From an uncultured Spirochaetales bacterium (GTDB lineage Bacteria; Spirochaetota; Spirochaetia; Sphaerochaetales; Sphaerochaetaceae): 64,000 bases of DNA. Within the stretch, counting starts at the first letter, position 1. Each line of letters begins with the position of its first letter. The DNA lies in assembly GCA_949285145.1 (NCBI GenBank), contig CASDXQ010000002.1:17516-81515 (forward strand). The letters are read 5' to 3'. The notes beneath the pieces were generated by a model that saw nothing but the letters and a program-made list of their open reading frames with translations, was not told the origin of the DNA and searched no databases. This document shows positions 1-10,436 of the stretch, piece after piece. The position numbers were made by a program, and so were the translations under genes.

Positions 1-133
1 GATCATTTGACATGATTTGTTTGCCAAAGCCGGATTTTGGTGTTATTATTGAATATGAACAGCCGAGCAGGAATGCCCTGCCCGGTTTGTTTTTCGATTA
101 TACGGAAGAAAAAAAATCAAGGAGAGTTTGTGT

Positions 134-2827
134 ATGAGAAGCAGCTCCATTACAAAAATACTGAAAGAAGACAGGGATTTCTCCAAGTCTGAACTGGCTT
201 CATTTTCCACTGAAAGCTTTCTGGAGATAGACAAGTGTGCCGGTAAGCTTGAGTATGATGAGCTGAGCGGACTTTATTCAAAAGCGCTTGAGATAACAGG
301 AGAGAGAGAGAATTCTGTCTATGCGCGCTATGTTCTGGGCACCATAGCCTTTATCCAGCGGCCTCATGAAGACAACATAATAATGCAGAACCTGCTGATC
401 ACATTCTACGACAACCATAACTGGACAGTCGTTGAATTTCTTTGCAGGAAGATCCTTTCATTCAGCGAAAACAAGCTTGCCCTGCGCATACTTGCAGACT
501 GCTATGAGGAAGAAGGCAGGGATGATGAAAGATGGGATGTTCTCGAAAGACTTGTCAAGATTGACTTTGAGGAAAAGAAGATCACAAAGAATCTTGCAGA
601 TCATTTCTTGGAAAAAGGAGACAGTGAGAAAGCCCTGCTTTACTACCGCCGTGCACTCACCCGCTATATAAGTGCAAAGGATGCGGAAGGAATAAGGAAT
701 CTGTGGACAATCCTTCTTTCAATCCAGAGCGATGATTTCGGTTACTTCCTCGGAATCGGTGAGAAAGTCGCCGCTGCGGTCAGCCGTCCCCTGGCAATCG
801 AGCTTCTTTCAGATCTTTACACCCATTTCTCGAATGACAGCGGAAAATCCATCCAGATACTCAAGAAAGCACTTGAGATTGATCCGCTTGAGAAGAGACC
901 GAGAGAAGAGCTCGTCAAAGTCTACAGAAAGAAATACGAGAAATCGGCGCGCCTTGCAAAGTGCATAGAGAAGTCAGGTCTGAACAATCCAGGCGAGGAT
1001 GTGAACAAGGCGATTGCATTCTTCGAAACAGACATTGCATTTGATGTGGGAAGCTTTGTCTATCAGAGAAGCACGGACAGACTCGGTCTCATCCAGAGCA
1101 TAAATGACAAGGAAGTTGTTGTTGCCTTCAACAAGGCAAACAGGGTTTCCATGTCTCCTGACATGGCATTCAAAGCGCTCACTCCGCTTCCGAAGAACAA
1201 TATCCTTGTTCTTAAGACCGCAATTCCAGCAAAGCTTGCCGCAAAGGTCAAGGCAGATACGCGGTGGGCTCTTGTGACAATAATGGAAAGCAGGGGCAGC
1301 AGATGTTCGATCAAGGAAATCAAGGAAGAGCTTGTTCCATCCGTCCTCACATCTTCAGAATGGGATGATTTCAAAGCCAGGGCAAGGAAAATCCTTCAGG
1401 AAGATCCGTACTTCTGTGCAGTTGCCGGCGAAAATGATACGTATACTCTCAGGACGACACCGATCACCCAGGAGGAGAAACAGCTCGCCACATTCCTTGG
1501 AGAAAAGGATTTCTATTCAAAAATCAGGATTGCAAAAGACTTCATCACGCTTGATCTGGACACTGAATCGGAAGCATTCTCCGAAATGGTGAAATTCTTC
1601 AACAGTGAACTTGCGAATATGAAGAACGGAGTTGACGACAAAGTCATGTCATCCTTCCTTCTGCTTGACATGCTTAAAAACCAGCTTCACATTCCCACAG
1701 CTGTCATTGACACAAATGTCTCGTTCTCAGATCTCTACAAGAACTGTGAAGACAGGATCGCCATATTCGATGCAATCAACAATGCCGATCTCAAGAAGAG
1801 CTATCTCGAGAATGTGATGAATTGTGACAGGAACTGGCCGGACGTGTTCAGAAAGTGTTTTGCCTACTATACATATTCATGGATTCCCAACATCCTCAAG
1901 GCAAACGGCAAGGCAAACATCTATCTTGATATCCTTTCCTCCAGCGTACGTTCATATAAGGAAAACGTTGATGTTTTCCTGTGGAACTACAAGAATGCGG
2001 ATGATGAGGAATGGGAAAAGGCCGGCATCACGCCTGACGAACTCATTCTCACCCTGCTTCTTGTCCTTGACTATACAGCATCCCTGATAGATGTGAAGAA
2101 AGATGTGAGCGAGAACAAGAAGAGAAAGGATCTTGTCGTGAACTACCTATTCAAGGAAAAGCAGATATACAGGGCATTGAAAAAGGGAGACGAGAGTTTT
2201 GCGGCAAAGATCTATTCGATCATTGCAAACGACCGCAACATCGACAAAGGACTTGTCATCGAAGTCAAGCACTTCATCGGTGAGCTGTATCCTGATTTCA
2301 CATTCTTCGATGATCAGCATATCGCCATTGACGAAGACAGTCTCATACCCATGGGTTTTCTTTGCACAAAGAAGGCGCTTGAAGAGAAGATCAGGGAGAA
2401 AGAGCATATAGAACATGTCGAGCTTCAGGAAGTCGCAAGTGAAATCGCAGATGCAAGAGCTCTCGGTGATCTCAGGGAAAATGCTGAGTACCAGTACGGA
2501 AAGGATAAACAGAAGAACCTCAATGCAAGACTGAGGACACTCACAGATGAAATCGAAAAGGCACAGGTCATCACTCCGGAAATGGTCAATGATTCAAAGA
2601 TCAGTTTCGGCACGGAAGTGACTCTTCATGACAATCTGCAGAACAGGGACATCACCTACACCATTCTCGGACAGTGGGAGTCAGATCCCGACAACGGAAT
2701 ACTCAACTTCAAGACACCTCTGGGAATGAAACTTCTCAACAAGACAGTCGGTGATGAACTTGATTTCTCCATCAACGGCAATCTCTACAGCTACAAGGTT
2801 CTTTCAATCAGGACTGGTTCCTTCTGA
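134..2827 (+). CDS. greA: Long-form transcription elongation factor GreA (large helical/TPR-like N-terminal extension plus canonical GreA module)
   Basis: The 899-aa ORF is called from TTG 128. ATG 134 lies 7 nt after AAGGAGAG and is the likelier start. The last ~140 aa carry GreA hallmarks: the ALGDLRENAEYQYGKDKQ coiled-coil motif and a C-terminal globular part (ISFGTEVTLHD...YTILGQWESD). I recognise no catalytic motif in the N-terminal ~750 aa. Confidence 0.85.
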   Translation: MRSSSITKILKEDRDFSKSELASFSTESFLEIDKCAGKLEYDELSGLYSKALEITGERENSVYARYVLGTIAFIQRPHEDNIIMQNLLITFYDNHNWTVVEFLCRKILSFSENKLALRILADCYEEEGRDDERWDVLERLVKIDFEEKKITKNLADHFLEKGDSEKALLYYRRALTRYISAKDAEGIRNLWTILLSIQSDDFGYFLGIGEKVAAAVSRPLAIELLSDLYTHFSNDSGKSIQILKKALEIDPLEKRPREELVKVYRKKYEKSARLAKCIEKSGLNNPGEDVNKAIAFFETDIAFDVGSFVYQRSTDRLGLIQSINDKEVVVAFNKANRVSMSPDMAFKALTPLPKNNILVLKTAIPAKLAAKVKADTRWALVTIMESRGSRCSIKEIKEELVPSVLTSSEWDDFKARARKILQEDPYFCAVAGENDTYTLRTTPITQEEKQLATFLGEKDFYSKIRIAKDFITLDLDTESEAFSEMVKFFNSELANMKNGVDDKVMSSFLLLDMLKNQLHIPTAVIDTNVSFSDLYKNCEDRIAIFDAINNADLKKSYLENVMNCDRNWPDVFRKCFAYYTYSWIPNILKANGKANIYLDILSSSVRSYKENVDVFLWNYKNADDEEWEKAGITPDELILTLLLVLDYTASLIDVKKDVSENKKRKDLVVNYLFKEKQIYRALKKGDESFAAKIYSIIANDRNIDKGLVIEVKHFIGELYPDFTFFDDQHIAIDEDSLIPMGFLCTKKALEEKIREKEHIEHVELQEVASEIADARALGDLRENAEYQYGKDKQKNLNARLRTLTDEIEKAQVITPEMVNDSKISFGTEVTLHDNLQNRDITYTILGQWESDPDNGILNFKTPLGMKLLNKTVGDELDFSINGNLYSYKVLSIRTGSF

Positions 2828-4319
2828 GCTGTGAAAGGAAATCGACATGGCAGACAACATACATGATCAGTGTGACTGCCATGAATGAAAGACCTAAAAG
2901 AACTGTCCGGATGAAATTAATAAGCGTGGAGCCTGTTTCATAAAATGACGGGCTCCATACTTTATATAACAGCGCAAGAACAATGAGAGGCAGGTTCACA
3001 AGTGTAAGGCGGGCAAGCTTTCCTGCCAGGCGCGCATATTCAAAATCCCTGATGAAAAAGAAAAGGATCACGGCACCAAGAAGAGATGAGAAAATATAGC
3101 TGATTGCAAGAGATGTTACACCGAATCCAGATTTTATCAGGAAAAGTGTCAGAACAAGGTCTAATAATGTCACACCTGCCGATACTGCAAGATTAGCATA
3201 ATACCTGTTCATGCTGAACATGCAGCGCTGGAGGATCGAGTAGAATGCAAGAGGAATCATCGCAATAAGATAATAATCCAGTACACTGGCTGTCAGATTT
3301 GTGTCTTCAAGAGTGAATGCGCCTTTCTGAAGCACAACAGCAACACACTCATGACTGAGGGCAAGCAGTATTACAGCCGATGGAAGAAGAAAGGTGTACA
3401 GATATTCCATAGATTTGCAAAGAAGCTCCGATCTCCTTTTCTCGTTTCCGGCCTGTGAGAACAGGGGAAAATAAACAGCGGAAATAGAAGAAAAGAATAT
3501 TCCGTACGGTGCCTGATAGAAAATGACAGCATTGCTGAATGCCGTAACGGAACCTTCGGCAAGACTTGAAGCAAGATACAGTGTTACAGACTGTGAGATG
3601 ATTGCAATCATGCTGCCTATGCTGGATGGCAACCAGTGTGCGAGGACACAGCGGAAATCTGGTGAGGAAAAAGAGAAATCAAGGCGGAAACGCACTTTGA
3701 GTTTTCTGAAACCCAGATAGACAATGAACAGCTGTACAATTGATCCCGATAGAACACCTGCAGCCATTGACCAGTAACCGATACGGCCGGAGAAAAGGGG
3801 AAGAGAGACAAGTATTCCTAAAGTGAAGAAAACAGGAGCGATACTTGATACGATGAATCTTTTTCTGGTCTGCAGAATCGTGCTTATGAGCGTAGAGAGG
3901 GAAATAAAGAAAAGAAAAAGTGTGAAATACGGAAGCAGAGATGCTGAAATGCTTATTCTGTATTCATCTTCAAAATCTGAAAGAAGCTTTATGAGCGATG
4001 TGGAGAAGAAAATCGAAAGAATGAGAAGAAAGAAGAAAACGAGAATGAGGAAACTCACAAGCTGGCTGTAAAGTCTGCCGCATCTCTCATCGTCATGCGT
4101 GAATGATGAGAAAAGCGGAAGATAAGACTGGGAGAGCGAACCTTCTGCAAAGAGCTTTCTGAAATTGTTGGGAATGTTATATGCGAAGTTCACTGCATCA
4201 GTGAGGGCGCCGGCTCCGAAGTAAACTGCAAGCGCCCTGCTCTTCAGTATTCCAAGAAGCCTTGAGATGAGGGTTGAAGCCATCATCACAAGCGATGATG
4301 ACTCACTCTTTCTTTCCAT
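2808..4319 (-). CDS. murJ: Lipid II flippase MurJ (MviN family)
   Basis: 503-aa polytopic membrane ORF. The N-terminus ASTLISRLLGILKSRALAVYFGAGALTDAVNFAYNIPNNFRKLFAEGSLSQSYLPLF matches the MurJ/MviN signature. The start may be an internal Met (4286). Its 3' end overlaps the greA stop convergently by 20 nt. Confidence 0.85.
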   Translation of the reverse strand: MERKSESSSLVMMASTLISRLLGILKSRALAVYFGAGALTDAVNFAYNIPNNFRKLFAEGSLSQSYLPLFSSFTHDDERCGRLYSQLVSFLILVFFFLLILSIFFSTSLIKLLSDFEDEYRISISASLLPYFTLFLFFISLSTLISTILQTRKRFIVSSIAPVFFTLGILVSLPLFSGRIGYWSMAAGVLSGSIVQLFIVYLGFRKLKVRFRLDFSFSSPDFRCVLAHWLPSSIGSMIAIISQSVTLYLASSLAEGSVTAFSNAVIFYQAPYGIFFSSISAVYFPLFSQAGNEKRRSELLCKSMEYLYTFLLPSAVILLALSHECVAVVLQKGAFTLEDTNLTASVLDYYLIAMIPLAFYSILQRCMFSMNRYYANLAVSAGVTLLDLVLTLFLIKSGFGVTSLAISYIFSSLLGAVILFFFIRDFEYARLAGKLARLTLVNLPLIVLALLYKVWSPSFYETGSTLINFIRTVLLGLSFMAVTLIMYVVCHVDFLSQLRRNQS

Positions 4320-5436
4320 AAAAGCGTTCCAGATATTCCTTTTTGAACTGAGTGAATGTTCCCTCTCTGATTGAGGCTTTTATCCTTTCCATCAGGTTGT
4401 ACAGATAAGTGAGATTATGTTCGGTGGCAAGCATCGCACCGAAAATTTCATTGCACTTTATGAGGTGGTGGACATATGCTCTTGTGTATTTTGTGCATGC
4501 GGTGCATGTACAGCCTTCCTGAACAGGTCTCATGTCGAATTTATGTACAGCCTTCTTCATGGTTATCACGCCGTCATCAGTAAACAGACCGCCGTTACGC
4601 GCCATTCGAGTTGCAAGCACACAGTCAAAAAGATCAATTCCGTTTGCAACGCATTCGAAGATATAGTCTGGAGATCCTATTCCCATGACATAACGCGGTT
4701 TTTCCTTTGGTATGAACTCACTTGTATAGCCGAGGAAATCATTGAACATGTTCTTGCTTTCTCCGACAGAAAGCCCGCCGATTGCAATTCCGGGGAAATC
4801 CATATCACTGATTGCAAGAGCACTTTCCTTCCTGAGATCCTTGTAGAAGTTCCCCTGCACGATACCAAAGAGATTACCCCTGAACTGCTCGCCGAGCCTG
4901 TTTCTTTCTTCTATCGACCGTTCAGCCCAGAGCTTTGTGACTCTCCATGCTTCTTTTGCATTCCTGTATTCAATATCCGGAGGGGTGCAGACATCAAGAA
5001 CCATTGCGATATCGCTGCCGAAAACCGACTGGATATCGACAACCTTCTCAGGCGTGAATACATGACGGGAACCGTCAATATGGCTCTGAAACGTCACTCC
5101 GCTGTCCTTTACCTTTCTAAGACCGGAAAGGGAGAAAACCTGAAATCCCCCCGAATCGGTAAGTATGTTTCCGTTCCATGAACAGAATTCATGAAGGCCG
5201 CCGAACTGTCTGATGACATCAAGTCCTGGTCTGAGATAGACATGATATGTGTTTGCAAGAATGAGGCGGTATCCTATGTCTTGGATCTTGTCATGATACA
5301 TAGCCTTCACTGTCGCGTTTGTGCCGACAGGCATGAAAGCCGGAGTCTCGACCCTGCCATGAGGCAGATCAATATAGCCAAGACGCGCATTGCTGTTTTT
5401 GTCCTGTAATGTACATGTGTAGATATTCTTATGCAT
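4303..5436 (-). CDS. tgt: Queuine tRNA-ribosyltransferase
   Basis: 377 aa with ARLGYIDLPHGRVETPAFMPVGT, LTDSGGFQVFSL and the zinc site CTCTACTKYTRAYVHHL. Confidence 0.95.
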   Translation of the reverse strand: MHKNIYTCTLQDKNSNARLGYIDLPHGRVETPAFMPVGTNATVKAMYHDKIQDIGYRLILANTYHVYLRPGLDVIRQFGGLHEFCSWNGNILTDSGGFQVFSLSGLRKVKDSGVTFQSHIDGSRHVFTPEKVVDIQSVFGSDIAMVLDVCTPPDIEYRNAKEAWRVTKLWAERSIEERNRLGEQFRGNLFGIVQGNFYKDLRKESALAISDMDFPGIAIGGLSVGESKNMFNDFLGYTSEFIPKEKPRYVMGIGSPDYIFECVANGIDLFDCVLATRMARNGGLFTDDGVITMKKAVHKFDMRPVQEGCTCTACTKYTRAYVHHLIKCNEIFGAMLATEHNLTYLYNLMERIKASIREGTFTQFKKEYLERFYGKKE

Positions 5437-6514
5437 TTCCTTTTCCTATCACCCTTATCAGCAGTGATAGCACAAGCGTGCCCGTTGTGGGAATGATAAC
5501 AGAAAACGCAGGATCAAGAATAGCCTGGGAACACATTATTGTGACAACCATCTCGCATACATAATATACTACAGCAGTACACAGGGACTGTATGATTGAA
5601 AACAGGAACACATTCTTTTTGAACCGGTAGTTCATCAGAAGGGAAATGACAACAAGAGTCAGTATTGCCAGGGGTGAAAACAGACGCGACCAGAAGTCAG
5701 TCTGCAGTGTATACCACACTTCCCTGTCTATCACCTTTATGCGTGAAAGATAATCAAGAGCATCAGATATTGCCATTGTGGAAATGTTTCTTGACTGATT
5801 GCGGAACATTGATGGCTGAAGCGTCAGTTCATCAGCATCATATGAATCGAAGAAGGAAGATGAAATCGTTGAATCAGGAAGCACTGAATAAACTCTTCCT
5901 TCATGAAGAACCCAGTTGCCTTCCTCATAATCCGCATAAGAAGCTTCCAGCCTGCCTGTTATGCTGTGTTCATCGTCAACCTCAATCACATTGACATCGA
6001 AAAGCCTCTGGCTGTTTTCCTCGTAATAAGATGCATTGATGATGTATTTCCCTTCAATATCACCGAGACTGATATCCCTGCTGTCCTGTGTCGAACTCTG
6101 ACCGAAAAGTTCTCTTGTCAGGCGGTCATGCTCAACAGAAGCATCAATGAGTACAGTCTCGCTGAAAACCGAGAAAAGCGCTGTGACGGCAAGCGTCATT
6201 ATGATTACGGTTCTGCATACGCGTGCATAGCTTATTCCTGCATTCAGCAGCATTATCATCTCATTGTTGCTTTCAAGCTGGGACATGAAGAATGTGGTGC
6301 CGAAGAGAAATGAGACAGAGGATGCCATCATCAGATATTCCGGAGTTCCCAGAACGGCAAGGTACAGTATGGTGGAAAGAGAGACGGAATTGGTCACATA
6401 GCTGTTCATCGAAGAGAACATGTTCACGGCAATGATCAGCATGGTGCAGATCATCAGAGCGCCAAGAGATGTCCTGAGGATCGAGAAGGAAACATATCTG
6501 TCAATAATCTTCAT
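5429..6514 (-). CDS. LptF/LptG (YjgP/YjgQ) family permease, second of a pair
   Basis: 361 aa. The topology is three N-terminal TM helices, a large soluble loop, then three C-terminal TM helices, which is typical of LptF/G. It overlaps the upstream paralogue by 4 nt. Confidence 0.7.
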   Translation of the reverse strand: MKIIDRYVSFSILRTSLGALMICTMLIIAVNMFSSMNSYVTNSVSLSTILYLAVLGTPEYLMMASSVSFLFGTTFFMSQLESNNEMIMLLNAGISYARVCRTVIIMTLAVTALFSVFSETVLIDASVEHDRLTRELFGQSSTQDSRDISLGDIEGKYIINASYYEENSQRLFDVNVIEVDDEHSITGRLEASYADYEEGNWVLHEGRVYSVLPDSTISSSFFDSYDADELTLQPSMFRNQSRNISTMAISDALDYLSRIKVIDREVWYTLQTDFWSRLFSPLAILTLVVISLLMNYRFKKNVFLFSIIQSLCTAVVYYVCEMVVTIMCSQAILDPAFSVIIPTTGTLVLSLLIRVIGKGNA

Positions 6515-7791
6515 GATGTCCTCCTCTTCAGAAACAGAAGCAGGAGTCCTGCCAGAATCATGAAAGCATCTGCAACATACATAAGTATGCCGGCGTTGAA
6601 TGAATAGTCGAAAATTTTCAGCTGGCTGAAGAAAAGGATATACCAGTATGATACAGCGATCAGTAAGCTCAGGCCGAATCCCACAAGACGTCCGTGCTTT
6701 ATCTTGATAAGGCTCAGCGGAAGCGTTGCTATGGTGAGCGCCAGCGGAGCAAGTGCAAGTGCGAATTTCTTGTTGAATTCGGCTGAATAGTACTGATAGT
6801 AGAACTGGATCGGCTCGTCTTCTCCAAGCGAATCAAGTCTTGATTTCTCCCTCTCAAGATCATTTTCACTCATTTCGAGATCTGCTGTATTTTCCAGTGA
6901 GACAATCATTGATGCAAGCGACAGGAGGCTTTCCTGCCTGTCCTGATGGAATGCAGCGACATCCCTGTCCCTCATTTCCCTGCGGCTTTCCATCAGGGGA
7001 AGAAGCTCCCTGTTGGAAAGATTGGACGGGTCGCTTGAAGTAAGAGATGGAACCTGATCGGAAAAATCAAGATACATGACAGCATTTTCACTGTCACTGA
7101 GCATATATGAATTTATATTGTCCTCGCTGAGCAGCAGGCGGGCATCTTCCAGAGAGAGCGCATATATGAATGATGCAGGATCGATAAGTTCAAGCCGTCC
7201 CTGCCTGCTTGTTACAGTTATATACGGCTCCCTGGCTCCTGTGAAAAGAATGATATCGCTGATGATATCGTCATCAACATCACCATTGCGCATGACAACA
7301 TCTCCGACAGCATTTGTTGTGTTCCCGCTTATTTCGAATGTCGGAAGATCTCTCATGACATTTGTAAGCATTTTCTGATAAGTCCTGCTGCTGAGCGGCA
7401 TGAGATAATCTGAAATATAGAATGTGAGACAGGAAAAACAGAGGGAAAGGATGATGAGAACCTTATATACCTTCGTAAGATTTATCCCGTTTGAGCGCAA
7501 GGCCATAAGCTCATTGCTGGCTCCAAGATCTCCCAGAACCATTGATGATGCTGAAAGTGTCGCAAACGGAACCACATACTGCAGGAACTCGGGAATTGCA
7601 CTGACCACAAGAAAGAAAATCGTTTTTAAATCAACATTCTTAAGCAGAACCTGCTGTACAAGCAAAAGAATCTGATTGATGAAAAATATGAAGAAAAAGA
7701 ACATGAACGAGACAAGGAAATTCAGAATGAATTCCCTTGCCACATGAAAATCTAGTAAGAAATAACGTGCTCTTCTTCCTTTCAATTTCAC
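6511..7791 (-). CDS. LptF/LptG (YjgP/YjgQ) family permease, first of a pair
   Basis: 426 aa with the same 3 TM + periplasmic domain + 3 TM layout. The N-terminus is YFLLDFHVAREFILNFLVSFMFFFFIFFINQ. It overlaps the dut stop by 4 nt. Confidence 0.7.
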   Translation of the reverse strand: MKLKGRRARYFLLDFHVAREFILNFLVSFMFFFFIFFINQILLLVQQVLLKNVDLKTIFFLVVSAIPEFLQYVVPFATLSASSMVLGDLGASNELMALRSNGINLTKVYKVLIILSLCFSCLTFYISDYLMPLSSRTYQKMLTNVMRDLPTFEISGNTTNAVGDVVMRNGDVDDDIISDIILFTGAREPYITVTSRQGRLELIDPASFIYALSLEDARLLLSEDNINSYMLSDSENAVMYLDFSDQVPSLTSSDPSNLSNRELLPLMESRREMRDRDVAAFHQDRQESLLSLASMIVSLENTADLEMSENDLEREKSRLDSLGEDEPIQFYYQYYSAEFNKKFALALAPLALTIATLPLSLIKIKHGRLVGFGLSLLIAVSYWYILFFSQLKIFDYSFNAGILMYVADAFMILAGLLLLFLKRRTS

Positions 7792-8228
7792 ACTCCTGTG
7801 GATCCGTATCCTCCGCTTCCTCTTTCAGTTTCGCTTAAACTTGTCACAACTTCATATCTGACAGACTCGACCTTTGCAAAGACGAACTGCGCTATCCTGT
7901 CTCCGTTATTCACAGTGAAATCATTTTTTGAATGGTTGATGAGAACTACACCAACCTGACCTCGGTAATCACTGTCGATTGTGCCTGGCGTGTTCAGAAC
8001 GGTAATGCCTTTCTTGAGGGCAAGTCCGGAACGGGGACGCACCTGAATCTCATAGCCTGAGGGAATTTCAACAGCAATACCTGTCGCAATGAGCTTCGCT
8101 TCTCCGCTTTTAATAATAACGGGCCCATCGGGAAGACAGGCCCTCACATCGGCACCGGCAGCTCCGGGGCTTTCAAAACTTGGAGCTGCAGCACCTTTTT
8201 GAAGTGTGATTTTCACAACTTCGCTCAT
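7788..8228 (-). CDS. dut: dUTP diphosphatase
   Basis: 146 aa with the dUTPase motifs GAAGADV, RPRSGLALKKG, NTPGTIDSDYRGQV and RGSGGYGSTG. Confidence 0.92.
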   Translation of the reverse strand: MSEVVKITLQKGAAAPSFESPGAAGADVRACLPDGPVIIKSGEAKLIATGIAVEIPSGYEIQVRPRSGLALKKGITVLNTPGTIDSDYRGQVGVVLINHSKNDFTVNNGDRIAQFVFAKVESVRYEVVTSLSETERGSGGYGSTGV

Positions 8229-10357
8229 TTTGTCTCCTTTTCTTCTTTCCTGCCTGCATCAGGCTGTGCATCGATGTAGGAAAGGTTTAGACGATCCATT
8301 CTGTCAATGTCGATGAGCTTTACATCAACCTGCTGGCCGACCTGAAGGACGTCGCTTACCTGCTTGACCCTTGTCTTTGCAAGCTTAGAGATATGACAAA
8401 GTCCTTCCTTGCCCGGAAGAATCTCGATGAATGCCCCGAAGTCAACGATCCTCTTCACAGTACCATGATAGATCTTGCCGACTTCAGGTTTCTCTATGAT
8501 GGCAAGAGCAAGTCTCTTTGCCTCCTGTGCACAGGCATTGTTCTTGCCGTAAACAGTTACCATGCCGGAATCATCGATATTGATCTCCGCACCTGTCTGC
8601 TGTGCGATTGCCTTGATGTTCTTTCCTCCTGTTCCGATGATCGCACCAATCGCATCTTCAGGAACCTTGAAGGAAAGAATCTTAGGAGCAAGCTCGGAAA
8701 GCTCGCTTCTGGGGGCAGGAAGAGTCTCAGCCATGATGCCGAGGATGTGCATTCTGCCTTCCCTGGCCTGTGACAGAGCCTTTGACATGATCTCCGGTGT
8801 GACACCGGCAATCTTGATATCCATCTGGAAAGCTGTGATACCGTCCTTTGTTCCTGCGACCTTGAAGTCCATATCGCCAAGGTGGTCTTCTTCTCCAAGG
8901 ATATCGGAAAGGACTACGTATTTTGCATAGTCTGCACCTTCAGTGATGAGACCCATAGCGATACCTGCAACAGGCTTCTTTATCGGAACGCCCGCATCCA
9001 TGAGCGAAAGGCAGCCGCCGCACACTGAAGCCATTGAGGAAGAGCCGTTTGACTCCATGATCTCGGAGACAACACGGATTGTATACGGGAAGCTTTCCTT
9101 TGAAGGAATCACAGCTTCAAGTGCTCTCTGTGCAAGATGTCCATGACCGATCTCCCTTCTTCCTGTTGTAAGGCGTCCGCATTCACCGACTGAGTACGGC
9201 GGGAAGTTGTAGTGGAGCATGAAGTTGGAATATGTCTTGTCTCCGTCGATCGTATCGAACATCTGCTCGTCGTTTGCCGTGCCGAGCGTTGTGACTGCAA
9301 GTGACTGTGTTTCGCCACGTGTGAAGAGCGCGGAGCCGTGTGTGCAGGGAAGAAGTCCGACTTCGCATGTGATAGGACGGATATCCCTCACGCCTCTGCC
9401 GTCTGTTCTCAGTCCGTCGTTGAGAATCGAGGAGCGCAGGATAGTGTATTCAAGATCCTCGAACATAGCGGCAAGCTGTCCTTCTCTCTTCTCATCTGCG
9501 GCGATGAGGTCGGCAAAATGCTCCCTTACCTGCTGATGAGCTTTCTCAAGAGCCGCATAGCGGTTCTGCTTGCCCTTCACAAAGCTTGCCTCCTTCTCAA
9601 GCGGAGTTGCATACTCCCTTACAGGCTCGAGCCAGGAAAGGTCTTCATTGATCTCCATGAGAGGCAGCTTTTCCTTACCGCACATTTCCCTCATCTTCAT
9701 CTGTGCCTCACAGATTCTCGTGATGACAGGCTGTGCAGCATTGATTGCCCCGAGCATTTCATCTTCGCTTACTTCCTTCGCACCGCCTTCAACCATTGTG
9801 ATGCCGTCATGTGTACCGGCAACAACGATATCAAGAGAAGCGGAAGGAATCTGCTGGAATGTCGGATTGATGACATATTCTCCGTTGATCAGCGCGACTC
9901 TGACAGCTGCGATAGGACCATAGAAAGGAATGTCTGAAATTGTCACAGCGCAGCTTGCTGCATTGATTGCAACAATGTCAGGGGTATGTGACATATCCGA
10001 GGAGACAACTGTCGGCACGATCTGGATCTCACGTCCGAATGCTTTGTCAAAAAGCGGTCTCATCGGACGGTCGATAAGACGGGAGACAAGGATCTCCTTG
10101 TCTTTCGGTCGGCTTTCCCTTTTGAGAAAACCTCCGGGGATCTTACCGGCTGCATAATATTTTTCATTGTACTCGACTGAAACCGGAACATAGTCGATCG
10201 GTTCGCTCGGTGCAGCGCCGCAGCATACTGTTGCGATGACTGCAGAACCTGCATAATGTGCATAGACGGCACCGTTGGCCTGCTTTGCGATTTTGCCTGT
10301 CTCGAAGACAAGCTCTGTGTCTCCGACCATTACGGAGACAGAAGTAACGTTTGACAT
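8225..10357 (-). CDS. pnp: Polyribonucleotide nucleotidyltransferase (PNPase)
   Basis: 710 aa. It has two RNase PH-like halves (GRREIGHGHLAQRAL, DFKVAGT), a KH domain (GAIIGTGGKNIKAI) and an S1 domain (GKIYHGTVKRIVDFGAFIEILPGKEGLCHISKL). Confidence 0.96.
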   Translation of the reverse strand: MSNVTSVSVMVGDTELVFETGKIAKQANGAVYAHYAGSAVIATVCCGAAPSEPIDYVPVSVEYNEKYYAAGKIPGGFLKRESRPKDKEILVSRLIDRPMRPLFDKAFGREIQIVPTVVSSDMSHTPDIVAINAASCAVTISDIPFYGPIAAVRVALINGEYVINPTFQQIPSASLDIVVAGTHDGITMVEGGAKEVSEDEMLGAINAAQPVITRICEAQMKMREMCGKEKLPLMEINEDLSWLEPVREYATPLEKEASFVKGKQNRYAALEKAHQQVREHFADLIAADEKREGQLAAMFEDLEYTILRSSILNDGLRTDGRGVRDIRPITCEVGLLPCTHGSALFTRGETQSLAVTTLGTANDEQMFDTIDGDKTYSNFMLHYNFPPYSVGECGRLTTGRREIGHGHLAQRALEAVIPSKESFPYTIRVVSEIMESNGSSSMASVCGGCLSLMDAGVPIKKPVAGIAMGLITEGADYAKYVVLSDILGEEDHLGDMDFKVAGTKDGITAFQMDIKIAGVTPEIMSKALSQAREGRMHILGIMAETLPAPRSELSELAPKILSFKVPEDAIGAIIGTGGKNIKAIAQQTGAEINIDDSGMVTVYGKNNACAQEAKRLALAIIEKPEVGKIYHGTVKRIVDFGAFIEILPGKEGLCHISKLAKTRVKQVSDVLQVGQQVDVKLIDIDRMDRLNLSYIDAQPDAGRKEEKETK

Positions 10358-10402
10358 AAATTAATCCTTTTCTGTTCTTTTTCTGTTCTTTTTTGTGTGC
10401 AA

Positions 10403-10427
10403 AAGCCAGACCTGAACAGCCTGGCTT
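10403..10427 (-). terminator. Hairpin between rpsO and pnp (intrinsic terminator or processing hairpin)
   Basis: The minus strand reads AAGCCAG-GCTGTTCAGGT-CTGGCTTTTGC. That is a 7-bp stem (extendable by G-U/C-G pairs) ending in four U, 10 nt after the rpsO stop. Confidence 0.55.
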
Positions 10428-10436
10428 AAAATCAAT

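Noticed and set aside
4417-5181. Long plus-strand ORF (254 aa) antisense to tgt. Similar long shadow ORFs occur at 15413-16165, 24595-25302, 40291-41031, 43566-44222, 45673-46227, 48453-49226 and 54379-54981.
   Set aside because: Each lies entirely inside a gene with unmistakable conserved motifs on the opposite strand. Each has low-complexity or Cys/His/Arg-rich, non-protein-like composition. They are typical antisense shadow frames.
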